A DNA stretch of 64,000 nt from a virus (taxonomy: Duplodnaviria; Caudoviricetes), in IMG/VR virus record IMGVR_UViG_2974753081_000001, positions 32,001 to 96,000 of that record; one strand, 5' to 3'. The notes beneath the pieces were generated by a model. That model was not told the origin of the DNA. It searched no databases and worked only from the letters and a program-made list of their open reading frames with translations. This document shows positions 39,241 to 48,447 of this stretch, one piece after another. Position 1 is the first letter of the stretch, and each line of letters opens with the position of its first letter. Made by a program: the position numbers and the translations under genes.

Positions 39241-39376
39241 TTGCCTGGAAGCGCATGACGTATGTTGTGCTTGGACAGGGGGTCTCGCACTCCCCCCAGG
39301 GCGTGGCTCCCTGTCCAATCTCCCCGACCAATTTCTCTCTGTGTGAGCAGCCTCTAATAGGCGGAAGCTCTCCAAG

Positions 39377-42300
39377 ATGGAGCATTCAGTGTCCAAGTAC
39401 GTTGGACTTCACGTCCACAGTCAGCACTCATTTCTCGACGGCGAGGCGTCTCTGGACGCGATGGTCAGCCGCATCAAGTCTCTCGGTCAGTCCGGCGGTG
39501 CGATCACCGACCACCAGGAGTGCTCGGGACACGTGTCGTTCTACAAGAAGATGACCGAGGCGGGCCTGAGGCCCGTACTTGGGATGGAGGGGTATTTCCA
39601 CCCCGAGGCGCACCGGGCCAAGGAGCTGAAGCTCAAGGCGTCGGACTACAGCCACATCACGGTGCTCGCTCGCAATCAGGAGGGCCTGCGCAATCTCTGG
39701 GCGTGGTCGTCCATCGCCTACACCCAGCACTTCTACTACCGGGCCATCGTGGACTGGCAGGACATGAAGGACCTGTCTGCGGGGCTGTGGGCCTCCGACG
39801 GCTGCGGTCTCGCGTTCATGGCGAAGGCCATCGTCGCGGGCGACGATCAGCTCCAGCACGAGCTGATGGGGCGCTATCTCGACACCTTCGGCGACCACTT
39901 CTACATGGAGCTGCACACCTTCCAATTCCTGGACCCGCAGACCGAGGACCAGGTCCGGCTCAACCGCGAGCTGACGATGATGAACCAGCGCAAGGTGGAG
40001 CTGGCTGAGGCATACGGCGTCCCGCTCGTGGTCGTCAACGACGCCCACTACGCTCCGCCGGACGACTGGAAGAAGCACAACCTGGTGTGGTCGATGTCCA
40101 CCCAGCAGAATGCCGACCAGACCGGCAAGGGCCAGACGGCTGCCTGGATGATGGACGAGCCCGAGCTGTTCACGTACATGCGTCGGCACGGCATCTCCGA
40201 CACCATCACCCGGCAGGCCATCGACAACACGGCGATGATCGCCGAGTCCTGCGACGTCGAGATCAAGCCGCAGCAGCGCATGCCTGCGGTCAACGCCTCT
40301 GAGACCGAGGACGTGCAGCAGTTCCTCGGTCTGCTGGAGCAGGGCATGAAGCGCCGTGTCATCGACCGTGGCCTGGACGAGGAGACCTACCGCAAGCGGT
40401 TGGAGACCGAGGTCAAGGTCATCGTGGACAACCACTTCACTGGCTACTTCAACGTGGTCCACGACCTGGTGCGCGCGGCCAAGGACGACAAGGACATGTT
40501 CGTCGGTCCGGGCCGTGGTTCTGCCGGTGGCGCGCTGTGTTCCTACCTCATGGGCATCACCGAGCTGGACCCGATTAAGTACGACCTGCTCTTCGAGCGG
40601 TTCCTCGCCGAGGGTCGCGGCGGCTTCCCCGACATCGACATCGACTTGCAGCAGTCGCGGCTGGCCGAGGCCAAGGAGTACACCGCGCAGCGGTACGGCC
40701 ACGACCACGTCTGCGGCATCGGCACCTTCACCCGCTCGGCTCCGAAGTCGATCCTCAACGACATCTGCCGCGCGATGAGCGTGCCCATCCAGGACTCCAA
40801 GGCGATCTCGAAGGCCATCGGCAAGCTCCCGGCGAACGCCGCCCACACTCCGCAGCAGCGGTGGGACACGATGCTGGAGCTGAAGCACGATCGCATCCTG
40901 CCGTGGGTGCGCAAGTACCCGGAGGTGTTCAGCTACGCCCAGAAGATGATCGGCATGGTCCGGCAGTCCTCGGTCCACGCTTCGGGGTGGATCATCTCGT
41001 CGGACCCGCTGACCGGCGATCTGCCGCTGCGCTCGAAGGACGGCAAGGTCGTCTCCCAGTTCGAGCAGGGAGACGTCGAGTGGCTGGGCTACGTCAAGTT
41101 CGACCTGCTGGGCATCCGGCACCTGGACACGATCAAGTGGACGCTCGATGCGATCAAGGAGCGCCACGGCGTCGACATCAACCCGTATGAGTTCACCGAC
41201 GCCGAGTTCTGCGACCCGGCGATCTGGGACCGCATCGGCAAGGGCGACACTCTCGGGCTGTTCCAGCTGGAGGCCGACCTCATGGCGAGCACGGCCAAGA
41301 AGCACAAGCCGCAGTCTGAGCGAGAGGTCGCCGAGCTGCTGGCGATCAACCGTCCGGGCGTCATCGACGCGGGCTTGCTCCAGCCCTACATCGACCGCAA
41401 GCACGGGCGCGAGGAGGTCACCTACGACCACCCGATGCTGGAGGAGATCGTCGGCGAGACCTACGGCATTCTGATCTACCAGGAGCAGATCATGAAGATG
41501 TCGCGGGTGATCGCCGACTTCACTCCGGCAGACGCCGACTGGCTCCGCAAGGTGGTGGGCAAGAAGAAGGTCAACGAGCTGCCCGCGCTGAAGGAGAAGT
41601 TCGTGGAGGGCGCTCGCGCCAACCGGGCGTTCATCTCGGGTTGCCACAGCAACCCTGAGGCGGTCATCCAGAAGCTCTGGACCTCGATCGAGGCGTCGGG
41701 CGAGTACCTGTTCAACAAGTCGCACTCGGTGGCCTACGCTCTCGTCGGCACCTGGGAAGCGTGGCTGCGGCACTACTACTACCCCGAGTTCATCGCTGCG
41801 TGCATGCGCTCGGACCCGGAGAAGGTGCCGCGCTACGTCCGGCATGCCGAGTTGAACGGAGTGCGCGTGTTGCCTCCGGACATCAACCAGTCTCGCCGCG
41901 ACTTCGTGCTCACTGACGACGGCGTCCGGTACGGGATGACGACGGTCAAGCACGTCGGCGACACCGCCTACGACGAGATCGTCCGGACCCGCCCGTTCGA
42001 CTCGCTGGCCGACATGATGGACAAGGTCGCGAAGCGCGCCGTCGGCAAGCGCGTGATGACCAACCTGATCCGCATCGGGGCCTTCGACAAGATGAACCCG
42101 GACCGCGCTGCTGTCGAACGCGAGTTCTACGAGCTGCGCAAGATCAAGGAGAAGGACCAGCCCGAGCTTCCCGACTACGAGGACCTGACGGCGATGTATC
42201 AGCTGGAGAAGCAGCTTGTGGGGTCCTCGATCCTGTACGACCCGCTGCGCGATCACCACCAGATGATCTCGGCGCTGTGCGTGTCGTCTCCGGACGCTCT

Positions 42301-42583
42301 CGACGAGCTGCGGACCGGCGATGTGGCGAAGGTCGGCGGGCTGGTCACTGCGGTCAAGCCGCACAAGACGAAGAAGGGCGAATGGATGGGGTTTCTGACC
42401 ATCACATTCGACGCCGAGGACTACGAGGTCCTGGTGTTCCCGGAGGCATGGGCGTCCTCCAAGATGCTGCTGGAGCTGGACACTCCGGTCATCGCCCGCG
42501 TTATCAAGCTGCGCGACGACGCAGTCCATCTATCCCAGGTCCAGCGGTTGGACTGGCTCACCAGTGGCAGAGAGGCATCATGA
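39377..42583 (+). CDS. dnaE: DNA polymerase III alpha subunit
   Basis: PHP 'HVHSQHSFLDG', GPGRGSAGG, FERFL, PDIDID, KFDLLG, FNKSH, C-terminal OB fold. Confidence 0.95.
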   Translation: MEHSVSKYVGLHVHSQHSFLDGEASLDAMVSRIKSLGQSGGAITDHQECSGHVSFYKKMTEAGLRPVLGMEGYFHPEAHRAKELKLKASDYSHITVLARNQEGLRNLWAWSSIAYTQHFYYRAIVDWQDMKDLSAGLWASDGCGLAFMAKAIVAGDDQLQHELMGRYLDTFGDHFYMELHTFQFLDPQTEDQVRLNRELTMMNQRKVELAEAYGVPLVVVNDAHYAPPDDWKKHNLVWSMSTQQNADQTGKGQTAAWMMDEPELFTYMRRHGISDTITRQAIDNTAMIAESCDVEIKPQQRMPAVNASETEDVQQFLGLLEQGMKRRVIDRGLDEETYRKRLETEVKVIVDNHFTGYFNVVHDLVRAAKDDKDMFVGPGRGSAGGALCSYLMGITELDPIKYDLLFERFLAEGRGGFPDIDIDLQQSRLAEAKEYTAQRYGHDHVCGIGTFTRSAPKSILNDICRAMSVPIQDSKAISKAIGKLPANAAHTPQQRWDTMLELKHDRILPWVRKYPEVFSYAQKMIGMVRQSSVHASGWIISSDPLTGDLPLRSKDGKVVSQFEQGDVEWLGYVKFDLLGIRHLDTIKWTLDAIKERHGVDINPYEFTDAEFCDPAIWDRIGKGDTLGLFQLEADLMASTAKKHKPQSEREVAELLAINRPGVIDAGLLQPYIDRKHGREEVTYDHPMLEEIVGETYGILIYQEQIMKMSRVIADFTPADADWLRKVVGKKKVNELPALKEKFVEGARANRAFISGCHSNPEAVIQKLWTSIEASGEYLFNKSHSVAYALVGTWEAWLRHYYYPEFIAACMRSDPEKVPRYVRHAELNGVRVLPPDINQSRRDFVLTDDGVRYGMTTVKHVGDTAYDEIVRTRPFDSLADMMDKVAKRAVGKRVMTNLIRIGAFDKMNPDRAAVEREFYELRKIKEKDQPELPDYEDLTAMYQLEKQLVGSSILYDPLRDHHQMISALCVSSPDALDELRTGDVAKVGGLVTAVKPHKTKKGEWMGFLTITFDAEDYEVLVFPEAWASSKMLLELDTPVIARVIKLRDDAVHLSQVQRLDWLTSGREAS

Positions 42584-43761
42584 CCAAGGCTGTGTTCGAT
42601 GACAAGGTTGTCGAGAAAATCAACAAGGAGTTCGGCTCCGGCTCGATCATGAAGGCGTCGGAGCTGCCGCCGATCCCGATGGTGTCGTCGGGCTCGCTCG
42701 CGCTGGACTTCGCCATCGGTGCGGGCGGCATCCCCACCAACCGCGTCGTGGAGGTCTGCGGCTCTGAGGGCGCGGGCAAGACGACGCTCGCGCTGCTCAT
42801 CGCTCGGCAGATCATCGACCGCAACCCCAAGCGCGGGCTGGTCTACATCGACCTGGAGCACAAGATCACGCCGTCGTGGATGGAGATGCTGGTCGGCTCC
42901 GAACGGATGGACAACATCATGGTGGTCTCACCGGACAGCATCGAGCAGACCACCGAGATTTACCGGCGGCTGGTCAAGAGCGGCAAGGCGTCGATGGTCA
43001 TCGTGGACTCCATCGGCGGTGCCCCGACGAACCAGGCGATGGACGACACCCGCAACGTCGCCGAGAAGGCCGCGAGCATGGGCGGCAACTCCAAGGGCGT
43101 CTCTGAGTTCGCCCGGCTGGCGAACAACCTGTCGTCCAAGTACGACTGCCTGACCGTCGGCATCAACCAGACCCGCGACGACACCAAGAGCCGCCACGGC
43201 AACATGCTCCAGACTCCCGGCGGGCACGCCTGGAAGCACGCCTGCGTGCTCCGGATCGAGCTGCGGCGCGGCAGTGAGAAGTATCAGGTGAAGCGCGGCG
43301 GCGACGAGGTCACCGTGGGCTTCGACGTCCGGGCGAAAATCCACAAGAACCAGCTGGGCGGACAGGAGGGCCGCACCTGCGAGTGGCGGTTCTTCACCGA
43401 GGCCACCGAGCAGTTCGGTCCGTTCGGTATCGACACCACCGAGGAGTGCGTGCGCCTGGCGAAGGCCGTCGGCGTCGTGACCCAGGCGGGCGCGTACTAC
43501 CGGCACCCGGCGTTCCCCGATGGCCAGGTGATGGGCGGGGCCAAGATGCTCTCACTGATCCAGGAGGACGTGAAGGTGCGCGAGGCCGTCATCGGTGACG
43601 TGATGGACGCGCTGTCCAAGGACCCGGAGAAGCTGTCGGAGATCGCACCCATCGACACCGACGAGGACGACCCGGTGAAGGGCGACGACGAGCCAGCTCC
43701 CGTCGTGGCCAGCGGCTCCGGTCCCCTCGCCGACCTCGCGGCACGGAAGGGTGAGCAGTGA
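42580..43761 (+). CDS. recA: RecA recombinase
   Basis: SSGSLALD, GSEGAGKTT, YIDLEH, IVDSI, INQ, TPGG. Confidence 0.95.
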   Translation: MTKAVFDDKVVEKINKEFGSGSIMKASELPPIPMVSSGSLALDFAIGAGGIPTNRVVEVCGSEGAGKTTLALLIARQIIDRNPKRGLVYIDLEHKITPSWMEMLVGSERMDNIMVVSPDSIEQTTEIYRRLVKSGKASMVIVDSIGGAPTNQAMDDTRNVAEKAASMGGNSKGVSEFARLANNLSSKYDCLTVGINQTRDDTKSRHGNMLQTPGGHAWKHACVLRIELRRGSEKYQVKRGGDEVTVGFDVRAKIHKNQLGGQEGRTCEWRFFTEATEQFGPFGIDTTEECVRLAKAVGVVTQAGAYYRHPAFPDGQVMGGAKMLSLIQEDVKVREAVIGDVMDALSKDPEKLSEIAPIDTDEDDPVKGDDEPAPVVASGSGPLADLAARKGEQ

Positions 43762-44114
43762 AGGAGCACTTCAAGGCGCACGAGGCCCACGTCTGCGACG
43801 TGCTGGAGGTCTCCCCCACCATCGCCTCGGGCAGCAAGTGGTACGACACCGGGGACGGTGTCGACCGCGATGCCTACGCCGCATGGCCGATCCAGTTCGA
43901 TGCGAAATGCACCATTCAGCGGTCGTACTCGATCCAGCGCGGCTTCATGGCCGGGGCGGTCCGCAAGGCAGTGGAGTCCGGCAAGCGATTCCTGCTCCCG
44001 CTGCGCTTCGTGGACGACGACGGCCAGCACGGCGACTACGTCGTGATGCCCCTGGACGACTACGCAGAACTGCTGGCGACGGCTCGGGCCTACTGGTCCG
44101 AGCATGAGGGGTGA
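43758..44114 (+). CDS. PD-(D/E)xK nuclease, probable Holliday junction resolvase
   Basis: 'SGS...GD...FDAK' after RecA. Confidence 0.6.
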   Translation: MKEHFKAHEAHVCDVLEVSPTIASGSKWYDTGDGVDRDAYAAWPIQFDAKCTIQRSYSIQRGFMAGAVRKAVESGKRFLLPLRFVDDDGQHGDYVVMPLDDYAELLATARAYWSEHEG

Positions 44115-44341
44115 TGGACGTGGGGATGGGACCAGCGGACATCCTCGGCGATATCGAACGGGCCACCACCGAGGGGTGGACGTTCACCGTCGAGCGCGAG
44201 CAGTCCTCCGACAACACCCGGCTGCGCTTCGAGGTGGCGATGGTCCATCCCGACTGTGACCCGTCGCTACTGACGAGCCGCGCGACGTCGCTGAAGGGGG
44301 CGTTCGCCAAGGTGCTGATGAAGTGGTCGGACCAGCCATGA
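44111..44341 (+). CDS. hypothetical protein
   Basis: Coupled ORF. Confidence 0.55.
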   Translation: MMDVGMGPADILGDIERATTEGWTFTVEREQSSDNTRLRFEVAMVHPDCDPSLLTSRATSLKGAFAKVLMKWSDQP

Positions 44342-45201
44342 CGTTGAAGAACATTCTCAATTCGCTGCAGTCCAGGCAGATCGTCATGCCCTACCTGGAG
44401 AACGCCTTCCACCAGGACGAGTGGCCGGATGAGTACAGCATCCTGGTCGACTCCGAGGACTACTACGGCCTGACCGACGAGGAAGGCGTCACGCATCCGA
44501 CGGGGCCGGGCGACGGGTACTTCCACCCGTCCTCGCACCCGCTGATGACGGCTCGGGAGCTGTACTACCGGTACCACCCCGATCTCGCCGGTCTCGTGGT
44601 GCCGGAGCGCCGGAGCTTGACGAGCCACATGACGCTGGCTGCGGGCACGGCTATGCACGCGGTGATCCAGACCCAGCTGTACATGGCGGGCATCCTCATG
44701 CGTGGCGAGACCGACGAGGACTTCGAGTGGACGCCGCAGCCGGAAAATCCCGACGTCGTCGGTCGCTGGGTGAAGAAAAATCCCTACGAGTGGGAGTACA
44801 TCAACCGTCGGCACATGGTCCGAGGGCGGATGGATGGTCGGCTGCGGCATCCGCAGGGCGAGATCGGCTTCGAGTTCAAGAGCCAGAACTCGCGCGCCTT
44901 TCGGTTCCAGGACGTCGAGAAGGACGAGTGGAAGTACCAGACCAACCTCGGGCTCGACGCCTGCGGGCTCGACCGAGGTGTGGTCCTGGTGATGGAGCTT
45001 GGGTATCCCTTCAACTTCAAGGAGTTCCCGATCACGCGCAACACCACGCTGCTTGACGAGGTGTACGGCAAGTTCGACTACGTGCGCGAGTGCGTCGCCA
45101 ACAACACCCCGCCACGCTGTGAGCACTCCTACCTGAGCCCCAAGGCCAAGAACTGCCCGGTCGGGCACCTCTGCTACCAACAGACGGAGATCGAGTCATG
45201 A
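44338..45201 (+). CDS. Cas4/RecB-like PD-(D/E)xK exonuclease
   Basis: PSS, GTAMH, GRMDG, EFKS, YQ, C-terminal cysteines. Confidence 0.75.
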   Translation: MTLKNILNSLQSRQIVMPYLENAFHQDEWPDEYSILVDSEDYYGLTDEEGVTHPTGPGDGYFHPSSHPLMTARELYYRYHPDLAGLVVPERRSLTSHMTLAAGTAMHAVIQTQLYMAGILMRGETDEDFEWTPQPENPDVVGRWVKKNPYEWEYINRRHMVRGRMDGRLRHPQGEIGFEFKSQNSRAFRFQDVEKDEWKYQTNLGLDACGLDRGVVLVMELGYPFNFKEFPITRNTTLLDEVYGKFDYVRECVANNTPPRCEHSYLSPKAKNCPVGHLCYQQTEIES

Positions 45202-45914
45202 GGCACATCGGCGACATCGCAGACAAGGCCGGTCGCGAGCTGCAGGAGGAGCACGAGCGCATCGTCTCCGAGCGCCCGGTCCCGTTCGACGAGGACCCCA
45301 AGATCATGGAGAAGAAGGGGGTCGGGGTCTTCGGCAAGCTGAAGTTCGAGTGGCGCGACTCCGACCGGATGATCCTGGATCAGATTCGTGCTGCTGCCCA
45401 GCGCGCATTCATCGAGGGGTTCGGCGATTCGCTGCGCGTGCTCGACCGGCTCTACGAGGCCGTCCGGGTGCCGGAGGCCAACGAGCACGGCGTGGTGAAG
45501 GTCGACCAGGACGGGCGTCCGGTCTGGCAGACCGACTCCGACGGGCGGTACCTGGAGGACTGGGACAACCTCACCGGCCAGGACATCGAGCGGTGTCTGT
45601 TCGATCTCTCGCGCATCCGGCTCTACGTCGGTCCACAGGTCAACGAGTTGCTGATGGAGGCGATGTTCGCCAAGCGCATCCACCGCGACATCCACGACGA
45701 CGCCTACCTCGGCCCGGTCCAGGGCACCGTGGCCGACCGCACCGCCCAGGCGAATCGCAAGTCTCGACAGGACGACTACCAGGCGTTCTACCGGTACATG
45801 TTATGGTCGCAAGGAGATACGTTCCTGAAGGAACTCGGCAATATGCAGAGGACCTTGGAGCGTTTCCGCGAGTGGGGGATTCGAGGACAACAGGGGTATG
45901 GCAACAGAAGGTGA
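45198..45914 (+). CDS. hypothetical protein (coiled-coil, recombination module)
   Basis: ATGA overlap; helical. Confidence 0.65.
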   Translation: MRHIGDIADKAGRELQEEHERIVSERPVPFDEDPKIMEKKGVGVFGKLKFEWRDSDRMILDQIRAAAQRAFIEGFGDSLRVLDRLYEAVRVPEANEHGVVKVDQDGRPVWQTDSDGRYLEDWDNLTGQDIERCLFDLSRIRLYVGPQVNELLMEAMFAKRIHRDIHDDAYLGPVQGTVADRTAQANRKSRQDDYQAFYRYMLWSQGDTFLKELGNMQRTLERFREWGIRGQQGYGNRR

Positions 45915-46485
45915 TTGGACTCCTGTTCCGGGATTCCCTGGCTACGAGGCGTCGGCTGAACTAGGCCGGGTGCGGTCCCTGGATCGGTTAGATGCCAGAG
46001 GGCATCGCCGTAAAGGCGTGGTTTTGAAGGGCACTCAGCAGGTCCGAAAAGGGGCCGGTGGCCGTCTTCGCATGGGGCCGTTGATGGTCAGCTTGTCGAA
46101 GGACGGGAGGTCTCGGCCTTACTTGGTCCATCGAATTATTTTGCTGACTTTCGTTGGTCCGTGTCCTGAAGGTATGGAGGGGCTGCATCACAATGGTGAC
46201 GCCACGGACAATCGCCTGGTGAATCTGCGCTGGGGTACCTCGGTCGAGAACAAGGCCGATATGGTACGGCTCGGAGAGAATTTCAACGCCAACAAGGAGA
46301 GGTGTCCGCGAGGCCATCTTTTGCGCACTCCCAATCTGGTCCGTGGACCGGGAAGGGCTTGTCTGTCGTGTGCTCGCGCTCGGGCGTATCTTCACTACTA
46401 CCCTGAGAGGTCAGGGGATCTGCAGGCGGAGTCTGATCGTCGGTATGCGGAACTAGAACTGGAAGTGGGCGCTGATGAGCGATAG
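45898..46485 (+). CDS. NUMOD4-HNH homing endonuclease
   Basis: 'WTPVPGFPGYEAS..GRVRS', 'VHRIIL.TF.GP', 'HHNGD..DNRLVNLRW', CPRGH; lower GC than flanks. Confidence 0.9.
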   Translation: MATEGDWTPVPGFPGYEASAELGRVRSLDRLDARGHRRKGVVLKGTQQVRKGAGGRLRMGPLMVSLSKDGRSRPYLVHRIILLTFVGPCPEGMEGLHHNGDATDNRLVNLRWGTSVENKADMVRLGENFNANKERCPRGHLLRTPNLVRGPGRACLSCARARAYLHYYPERSGDLQAESDRRYAELELEVGADER

Positions 46486-47260
46486 TCCGGACATCTCCGG
46501 TCACAAGCTGCGGCAGCTGAGGAGCGCCGCTGCGAAGGAGGGCAACCTCGACAAGGCAGTGGTCGAGGAGATCGCCAACCTCACCGAGGAGCACCGGCTG
46601 TATGTGTTCCGACCCGAGACCCGCTGCCGGGTGTGCAACTCGGACTCGGCGGCGGCGGTGAACAAGATGCTCGCGCATGCCTTCACCTACACCGACATCC
46701 TGCGCACGCTGGAGCCGGTCAACAACGTGCTCCCCGACGACCTGAAGATCACCTACAGCTCCATCTGGAATCACGCCAAGCGCCACTTCCCCATCGAGGA
46801 GACGGCCAACGCGGTCTATCGGCGCATCGTGGAGAAGCGCGCCGAGGAGATGGAAGTCGACTTCGTCAAGGGCGTCAATGGCGCGCTGACCCCGCTCGCC
46901 TACCTCGAAGTGATGATGTACAAGGGCTACGAGAGCATGGTCGACACCGACACCGTGATCAACCCGGTCGACGGTGCTCGCGCGGCGGAGAAGCTGGCGC
47001 AGCTCACTCGCGAGATCAACGACCAGTCCGGCGACATGGCCGACACGATGGTCAAGTTCGAGCGCCTGGTCGAGGCGGTCAAGTCCAGCGTCCCCGAGCG
47101 GTACTGGCAGATCATCCTGGATGCCCTCGACGACACCCAGGGCGGCTACGGTTCGAACGTGCTCGACGCCGAGGTCGAGGAGATCGAGGCTGCGGGTTAC
47201 GACCCCGGCGACCCGGACCTCATCCCCGACGACCCAGGACTAGATGATGGCCGTTACTGA
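46475..47260 (+). CDS. hypothetical protein with CxxC and HTH-like region (possible small terminase/DNA-binding)
   Basis: CRVC, 'SIWNHAKRH', acidic tail. Confidence 0.5.
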   Translation: MSDSPDISGHKLRQLRSAAAKEGNLDKAVVEEIANLTEEHRLYVFRPETRCRVCNSDSAAAVNKMLAHAFTYTDILRTLEPVNNVLPDDLKITYSSIWNHAKRHFPIEETANAVYRRIVEKRAEEMEVDFVKGVNGALTPLAYLEVMMYKGYESMVDTDTVINPVDGARAAEKLAQLTREINDQSGDMADTMVKFERLVEAVKSSVPERYWQIILDALDDTQGGYGSNVLDAEVEEIEAAGYDPGDPDLIPDDPGLDDGRY

Positions 47261-48332
47261 TCTACCGCTGCCCGCTACCTCCGTGGACCTGGAGCGGGTC
47301 AGCGTGATCTCGTCCACCCCGCTGGATGCGGCCACCGACGAGCCGGGGCGCGGGGGCATCTTCTCCGCGTCCGGTCTCGCCGCCGGGCGTCTGTTCCACG
47401 TCCATGCCTGCCAGGACACGTTCCTGCTGTCGTATGCGACGAGCTGGACGGCAGGCACGCCTGCGGCCAACGCTCCGGGGCAGTGGTCGGCCAAGACCGT
47501 GCTGAAGCGCCCCACGTTCTGGTGGGCCAATCCGTCGGCGGCGGGCTCGGCCATCGGCGGCATCTCGGGATATGGCACCACTCCTGGCTTGCTCTACCCC
47601 CAGGGGGCGGCGGACTTGGTGATCGCCTCGGCCACCTCGGTGGACGACCTGGTGGTCTATCTCGGTTCGCACAAGGGCGGCGACTTCACGGCGGTGTATC
47701 GAGTGGAGCGGGGAGTGACGCAGTTCCTCGGCTCCACCTGGCTGACCCCCATCGATCTGACGACGAAGGTCGTGCGGTGGCGGCGAGGCGTACATGCGTT
47801 CGGTGGCTCCATCTTCGTGGCGGGGTGTGGCTCAGACAACGCGCTGTACCTGATGAAGATGCCTCTGGGACTGCGCGCCGACGCCCCTAGCGCCATCGGC
47901 GGTCGCGGTCAGACCTACCTCAGCGAGAAGGGGTGGGAGATTCCGCCGGAGTCGGCGGCTCCGCTGCGGGACTCCGTGGGCGCTCCGGTGACGAGCGTGG
48001 GGCCGGTGAGCTTCGCCTACTTCCGTGAACAGTGGATCATGAGCACCGTGGCCGACGGCGGGTCCAACTGGGAGGGCCGGTTCTATCAGGCGATGCATCC
48101 GCTGCGGGGCTGGCACCGGCTGCCGACGACGGTCAACCTCGGGGCCAAGACTCAGGACCCGCTGGTGTGTGGGGTGTGGCTGCAAGACCAGGTGAACCCG
48201 AATCCGGCGCTCGTCTCAGCGGTCACGACGGGCGACCATCGGGGTGCTCTGGCGTACACCTACACCGCCGAGACGTCGACCGCTCTCCGGACGAACTGGG
48301 GCCTGCTGCCCGTCCCGAATCCGCGTCTCTGA
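47244..48332 (+). CDS. hypothetical beta-rich (propeller-like) protein
   Basis: 362 aa, Trp/Gly/Ser/Thr-rich beta-strand pattern. Confidence 0.55.
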   Translation: MMAVTDLPLPATSVDLERVSVISSTPLDAATDEPGRGGIFSASGLAAGRLFHVHACQDTFLLSYATSWTAGTPAANAPGQWSAKTVLKRPTFWWANPSAAGSAIGGISGYGTTPGLLYPQGAADLVIASATSVDDLVVYLGSHKGGDFTAVYRVERGVTQFLGSTWLTPIDLTTKVVRWRRGVHAFGGSIFVAGCGSDNALYLMKMPLGLRADAPSAIGGRGQTYLSEKGWEIPPESAAPLRDSVGAPVTSVGPVSFAYFREQWIMSTVADGGSNWEGRFYQAMHPLRGWHRLPTTVNLGAKTQDPLVCGVWLQDQVNPNPALVSAVTTGDHRGALAYTYTAETSTALRTNWGLLPVPNPRL

Positions 48333-48447
48333 TCGCTACCTGAAAGAAAAAATATCGGGTACGGTGGTACAAGCGAGGACAGGCCGAGGGGCCGCTATCT
48401 CGCTAAAAAATACTCACCGACCAAGGAGATTTGCCTTGTCAGGACAC

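Noticed and set aside
39428-42529. 1033-aa minus-strand ORF, and similar long antisense ORFs at 4187-5767, 11627-13138, 15879-17534, 23350-24975 and 48439-49734
   Set aside because: These are antisense shadows of strongly biased high-GC genes: avoidance of TTA/CTA/TCA codons removes stops on the opposite strand. They have no motifs or RBS.
35059-43761. Inteins or introns in DnaB, DnaE or RecA
   Set aside because: Protein lengths are normal and no C...HN splice motifs or LAGLIDADG inserts were seen.
44338-45201. Cas4-like nuclease as evidence of a CRISPR system
   Set aside because: No repeat-spacer array or other cas genes are seen; solo Cas4/RecB-like exonucleases are common in phage recombination modules.
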